From: Flavobacteriales bacterium
GTDB taxonomy: Bacteria; Bacteroidota; Bacteroidia; Flavobacteriales; TMED113
DNA: 64,000 nt
Direction: 5' to 3'
NCBI GenBank assembly: GCA_002718895.1
Contig: PBGD01000002.1
Span: 800 to 64,799 of the forward strand
Shown: positions 60,051 through 64,000 of the stretch, one piece after another
Numbering within the stretch: the stretch's first letter is position 1
How the letters are laid out: every line of letters begins with the position of its first letter
Program-made: the position numbers and the translations under genes
The notes under the pieces: model-generated
What the model was told of the DNA's origin: nothing
Database searches by the model: none
The model's input: only the letters and a program-made list of their open reading frames with translations

Positions 60051-61314
60051 ATATGTATATTTTTTCAGCATTACCATTATCATAAATATTTATTATCCAT
60101 CCCTTATCATTCTGACTAACTTGCCTTCCTAAAAAATCTAGTGAATGGGTGATCTTGTTATTATTATTTAACTCTTTGATATTGGAAGTATAATCATAAT
60201 TAGGGTTTGATAACTCAATAATTTCATTTGGACCTTGACTTGGCCAAGAGTTACCATTTGTGGCAAGATATATTTTACCATCTGGACTAATACATATATC
60301 TCTTAACCTACCCCACTCATAATTAAAATACTCAGTAGTATTTAATAATTGTGTACCATCTTGAGAGAATTCAAATTTTACTAACATTTTATTTTTTAAA
60401 ACAGTCATTAAAAGTGTGTTTTGAAACTCAGGAATAGACGGATGATCATACCATATAATATCAGACGGTGCAATAGTTGGTGTCCACGCTTGTAGGGGTT
60501 CAACTACATTATTTAGCTGACAAAATGATTGTTCTGAAAATCCATCACAAAAACCATTAACATTTGGCCACCCATAGTTACGATTAGGTTCTAATATATT
60601 TAATTCATCATCATTTTGTGGGCCATGCTCTGAACTGTAAATTAATCCATTTGGAGCCAATTCTAGACCTTGAGCATTTCTATGGCCCCAAGACCATACA
60701 TAAGAATTATTTATTGGATTATCAGCAGGAATACCTCCGAAGTTATTATCAGATATATCTATTCTTAAAAATTTACCAGTTAACTCTGAAGTATCTTGAG
60801 AGGCGGATTGATCTTGTGCATCACCAGTAGACATTAACATAGTGTTATCATCTAGGGCATGTAATCTGCAACCAATATGAGTAGAGTAACCATTTATACT
60901 ATTAATTAGTATTTGTTCATTAATTAAGCTATCTGAAGATTCGTCATATGTATACGCCACCAATCGTTCTTTAATTCCCCATCCTTGGTAATAAGTATAT
61001 ACTAAAAATAGTATGTGATTGTTTTCAAAATCTGGATGAAATTCCATACCAAGTAGCCCAGATTCAGATTCAGTAGAAACTGTATTCGCTATATTTAGAA
61101 TAACATGTTTTTCACCAGTTTCAACATTAACTCGACTTACTAGACCCGATCTTTCTGTAATCCACAAATATCCGTCTGGACCCCATTTTATTTCCCATGG
61201 AACGTCTAAATTACCCACCACCTCTCGTTCTTGTAGAGTTGTGGAACCCACTTGGTGAGTTTGAGAATAAACAAATCCTGTAATTAATGTAATAAAAATT
61301 AAAAGTTTTTTCAT
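60043..61314 (-). CDS. Secreted PQQ-dependent sugar (glucose/sorbosone) dehydrogenase beta-propeller with the same C-terminal tail motif
   Basis: Signal peptide. GLLGMEFHPDF, WGHRNAQG, HGPQNDDELN, NYGWP. Tail SLDFLGRQVSQNDKGWIINIYDNGNAEKIY. Confidence 0.85.
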   Translation of the reverse strand: MKKLLIFITLITGFVYSQTHQVGSTTLQEREVVGNLDVPWEIKWGPDGYLWITERSGLVSRVNVETGEKHVILNIANTVSTESESGLLGMEFHPDFENNHILFLVYTYYQGWGIKERLVAYTYDESSDSLINEQILINSINGYSTHIGCRLHALDDNTMLMSTGDAQDQSASQDTSELTGKFLRIDISDNNFGGIPADNPINNSYVWSWGHRNAQGLELAPNGLIYSSEHGPQNDDELNILEPNRNYGWPNVNGFCDGFSEQSFCQLNNVVEPLQAWTPTIAPSDIIWYDHPSIPEFQNTLLMTVLKNKMLVKFEFSQDGTQLLNTTEYFNYEWGRLRDICISPDGKIYLATNGNSWPSQGPNEIIELSNPNYDYTSNIKELNNNNKITHSLDFLGRQVSQNDKGWIINIYDNGNAEKIYISN

Positions 61315-61321
61315 ATTAGTT

Positions 61322-64000
61322 TTATTTATTTATTTGATATATTTTTTTAACACTACCATCATCATAAATATACATTAAAGGCTGTTGATGTGTGTCTTTA
61401 TTTATTAATCTTCCTAAAAAATCCGTTACTAGAATAATTTTATTCGACTCATAGATATTGTTAACCAAACTTAACGAAGTAACAATATCTACATTTAACT
61501 CATTGGAACATGTACCAGAACTTCCATAATATTGGTTAATGATAATAGTTCCTTGACCTAATTCTGACCATTGTATAGCAATTGTTGGTGGTTCTGAAGA
61601 AGATGTAAATACAACTTCTCCTCCGATAACATCCCAATCTATCGTGTTACTTAAATTATTTGATAAAGAATATATCACAAAACTTCCATCTTCAACAAGA
61701 ATATCTCCAAGGATATCAACAGATTGACATGAACATTCATCACCAAATCCATCATTATCAAAATCAACTTGATCTGGATTATTATCTTCAATACAATTAT
61801 CTAACTCATCACATATTAAATCACCATCAATATCTGCTAAACAATTTCCGTCACAATCATAGAATAATTGAGGACCATTTCCTCCACAAACATTACATTC
61901 ATCAAGTGTTGCTGTCCCACCACATTCACCATTACAATCAACTAGGATTAAACAATCTCCATCACAGTTAAAGTTTTCAATTGCATATTCACAACCATCA
62001 TTTATTATTGCTGCATTATCAAAATTACAAGCTTCAGCATCCGTACATCCTGTACACGAGATATTATTACCATTACAAACACCACATTCATCAAGTTCTG
62101 CTGTTCCACCACATTCATTATTACAATCTAAATCAACAATACAATTCCCATTACAATCAAAATTTTCAATAGCATATTCACAACCATCATTTATTATTGC
62201 TGCGTTATCAAAATTACAAGCTTCAGTATCAGTGCATCCTAAACAAGTATTATTTTCACCATTACAAATACCACATTGATCAAGAATTGCAGATCCACCA
62301 CATTCATTATTACAATCTAGATCAACAATACAATCCCCATTACAATCAAAATTCTCAATTGCATACTCACAACTTCCATCATCAAAATTATTATTAGAAT
62401 TATAGTTGCATGCATTTTCGTCTGTGCACCCTTCAATTATAATTACTTCGCAAGCATCACCAACACCATTATTATCGCTATCTAATTGATCTGTGTTAGC
62501 AATATTTACACAATTATCACATGCATTTCCTACTCCGTCACTATCATTATCTGACTGACTAAAATTGGTGTCATTCGGACAATTATCAATTCCATCACAT
62601 ACATCATCATCATCACTATTACCAATTAAGCAGGTTCCGTTACAATCAACATAAACGTCATTACTATAAGAGCATGAACCATCTTCTGCATTAGCATCTG
62701 GATTATAATTAATAGCTAAATTACATGTGCAACCAGCAATAAACTCATTTTCACAACTAGTTTCTATATCGTCACAATCATCATTGATACATGGTTTATT
62801 ATTAATAGCTGGAAAAAGTGCTTGATTTTCTACAATCGGATGAAACTCTAAAGTTACTCCGACAGGCAAAAAAATATCACAATAACTCATAATAGTACCT
62901 TCATTTTGTTGCCAAATTTCATTGGGTGGATTATTTGGAGGTGTGCAACTACCCTCAACATCGTAGCAAGCATCTATAGCACCTCCGGGAAAATTTAAAG
63001 AGGGATCTGCATTCCAAATACACGCATGAGTATGACTAGCACCAAATTGATGTCCCATTTCATGACCCACATAAATTAAATTATAACTATATGGCTCATT
63101 ATTTGGATAATCGTATGTTAGAGTTGTATTAAGACCACTAGTTACACCCCCTTTATAATAAGGGTCAAAAGAACATACCGCATCTAACCACGCAATTCCG
63201 CCACCAGCTTGTTTACGAGTAAATAAATGAACTAAGTCAACATCATCTATGTCATCAAATGGATCACTTGACCAATAGTCACTTAGCTCATCTAACATAT
63301 CTCCACAATCATCCAAGCCAAAATAATTATCTGATGTTTCCCAAACATGTATATACCTAGCCTGCAGAAGTAATTCATCATTAAGCTCATTCAAATATAC
63401 TTCTGTAACTCCAGCCAAAACTGCTAGTGCCCACTCCACAGCATCTGAACAATTACTGTCAAATTCCAAGAAGGTATAGTAATCGATATCAATAGCAATT
63501 TCAGCACATTTACCACCTGAGCTCATTCTGTATGCAGCATCTCTGTCTGGAATTAATTCTTTTTTACTTTGAGTTTGACAAGCAAAGCTATTTAAAACAA
63601 CTGATTCATTTACATCAAACAAAACATATGTGTTCTTATCAATTGATTTTATTTCATATAATCTTCCATCTCTTTTTATTACACCAACTAAATAGTCAGA
63701 CATAAACGAAATACTCCCTGACCAACCATTTGGCCCCATAATGCGATAAGACTGAATATTTGGTTTATAGTCATCCTGAGTAAAAACATCATTTCTTGAT
63801 CTAAGTAACTGAAAGTCATCCGTAAAGGAATTGAATGATTTTAGTTGTAAAACAAGCTTTTGACCTTCAAAAAATGGAACACTAATATCAATATCACAAG
63901 GAGATATTTCTTTTATAGATTCAAACAAATCTAAGTTTAATTTTAAAGATATTTGATCCTCATGATGATGCGTCAAAATTGGAGTATGATTATCTTTATT
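61322..64000 (-). CDS. Large secreted reprolysin-like (M12B-type) zinc metalloprotease with thrombospondin type 3 repeats, Cys-rich tandem modules and the shared C-terminal tail; the 5' end runs off the window
   Basis: Zinc site HEMGHQFGASHTH. TSP3-type Ca-binding repeats (DNCPNDTNFSQSDNDSDGVGNACDNC, NPDQVDFDNDGFGDEC). Three modules of 63-64 aa. Tail VTDFLGRLINKDTHQQPLMYIYDDGSVKKIY. The frame stays open upstream of the TTG at 63976 to position 64000, and no signal peptide is seen, so the true start is probably outside the window. Confidence 0.75.
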   Translation of the reverse strand, partial: NKDNHTPILTHHHEDQISLKLNLDLFESIKEISPCDIDISVPFFEGQKLVLQLKSFNSFTDDFQLLRSRNDVFTQDDYKPNIQSYRIMGPNGWSGSISFMSDYLVGVIKRDGRLYEIKSIDKNTYVLFDVNESVVLNSFACQTQSKKELIPDRDAAYRMSSGGKCAEIAIDIDYYTFLEFDSNCSDAVEWALAVLAGVTEVYLNELNDELLLQARYIHVWETSDNYFGLDDCGDMLDELSDYWSSDPFDDIDDVDLVHLFTRKQAGGGIAWLDAVCSFDPYYKGGVTSGLNTTLTYDYPNNEPYSYNLIYVGHEMGHQFGASHTHACIWNADPSLNFPGGAIDACYDVEGSCTPPNNPPNEIWQQNEGTIMSYCDIFLPVGVTLEFHPIVENQALFPAINNKPCINDDCDDIETSCENEFIAGCTCNLAINYNPDANAEDGSCSYSNDVYVDCNGTCLIGNSDDDDVCDGIDNCPNDTNFSQSDNDSDGVGNACDNCVNIANTDQLDSDNNGVGDACEVIIIEGCTDENACNYNSNNNFDDGSCEYAIENFDCNGDCIVDLDCNNECGGSAILDQCGICNGENNTCLGCTDTEACNFDNAAIINDGCEYAIENFDCNGNCIVDLDCNNECGGTAELDECGVCNGNNISCTGCTDAEACNFDNAAIINDGCEYAIENFNCDGDCLILVDCNGECGGTATLDECNVCGGNGPQLFYDCDGNCLADIDGDLICDELDNCIEDNNPDQVDFDNDGFGDECSCQSVDILGDILVEDGSFVIYSLSNNLSNTIDWDVIGGEVVFTSSSEPPTIAIQWSELGQGTIIINQYYGSSGTCSNELNVDIVTSLSLVNNIYESNKIILVTDFLGRLINKDTHQQPLMYIYDDGSVKKIYQINK
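61870..62431 (-). repeat. Three tandem in-frame coding repeats (192, 189 and ~180 nt) encoding Cys-rich modules
   Basis: Units start at about 62431, 62239 and 62050 on the minus strand. Each encodes GCTD.EACN(F/Y)....(I)NDG.CEYAIENF.C.G.C....DCN.ECGG.A.LD.C..C.G. Units 2 and 3 are nearly identical at DNA level over their first ~90 nt. Confidence 0.85.

Noticed and set aside
61660-62397. Three plus-strand ORFs (61660..61971, 61981..62172, 62197..62397) encoding His/Tyr/Asn/Gln-rich repetitive peptides.
   Set aside because: They are the antisense image of the Cys/Asp/Asn-rich tandem modules of the minus-strand metalloprotease. The minus frame has clear domain motifs and is continuous over 2.6 kb.
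61870-62431. Periodic ~190-nt repeats that could be mistaken for an array such as CRISPR or a satellite.
   Set aside because: The units abut with no spacers. They are far longer than CRISPR repeats and stay in frame inside a long ORF, so they are coding domain duplications.
1-64000. Search for mobile elements, integrases, toxin-antitoxin pairs, restriction-modification, CRISPR-Cas or other defence or novel multi-gene systems.
   Set aside because: I recognised no transposase, integrase, nuclease, methylase or Cas-like motifs in any of the tracked ORFs. The unknowns are secreted or membrane proteins embedded in housekeeping operons. The MORN/YwqK-like protein has no adjacent toxin partner.

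Overview
Visibly AT-rich, very tightly packed chromosomal segment. Gene content and order point to a streamlined marine Flavobacteriia-type (Bacteroidota) genome: long-form nusB followed by DUF1573, yajC and coaE; a 287-aa sigma-A; type IX secretion (T9SS) C-terminal domains; and TAnnTTTG-type -7 promoter boxes. I support about 57 protein-coding genes and two RNA genes, SRP RNA (ffs) and tmRNA (ssrA). Most genes are core housekeeping: gyrB, ftsE, murB, the complete Na+-NQR operon nqrABCDEF with apbE and a candidate nqrM, P5C dehydrogenase, methylmalonyl-CoA mutase with its MeaB chaperone, MoxR, three SurA/PpiD-like chaperone genes, guaB, glycosyltransferases, an ABC exporter, leucine dehydrogenase, an aminotransferase, an Omp85 protein, class I aldolase, accD, rpsO-pnp, rpoD and rpe. 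I saw no transposases, integrases, prophage genes, CRISPR arrays, tRNAs, rRNAs or recognisable defence systems. The only accessory-looking stretch is directly downstream of ssrA (58.8-64.0 kb). It holds three secreted enzymes: an M43 metalloprotease, a PQQ sugar dehydrogenase, and a large reprolysin-like metalloprotease with thrombospondin type 3 repeats and Cys-rich tandem modules. All three end in the same short C-terminal tail, which I read as a possible minimal sorting signal. Other points worth a second look are an in-frame TAA splitting an otherwise well-conserved meaB, a mutA-mutB fusion, a coaE with no canonical start codon ahead of its P-loop, 3' end overlaps at almost every convergent gene junction, and a 23-nt perfect direct repeat at the ftsE 5' end. 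Functional calls come from motifs I recognise by eye in the translations, not from database searches. Coordinates I derived by hand for RNAs, motifs and revised starts may be off by 1-2 nt.
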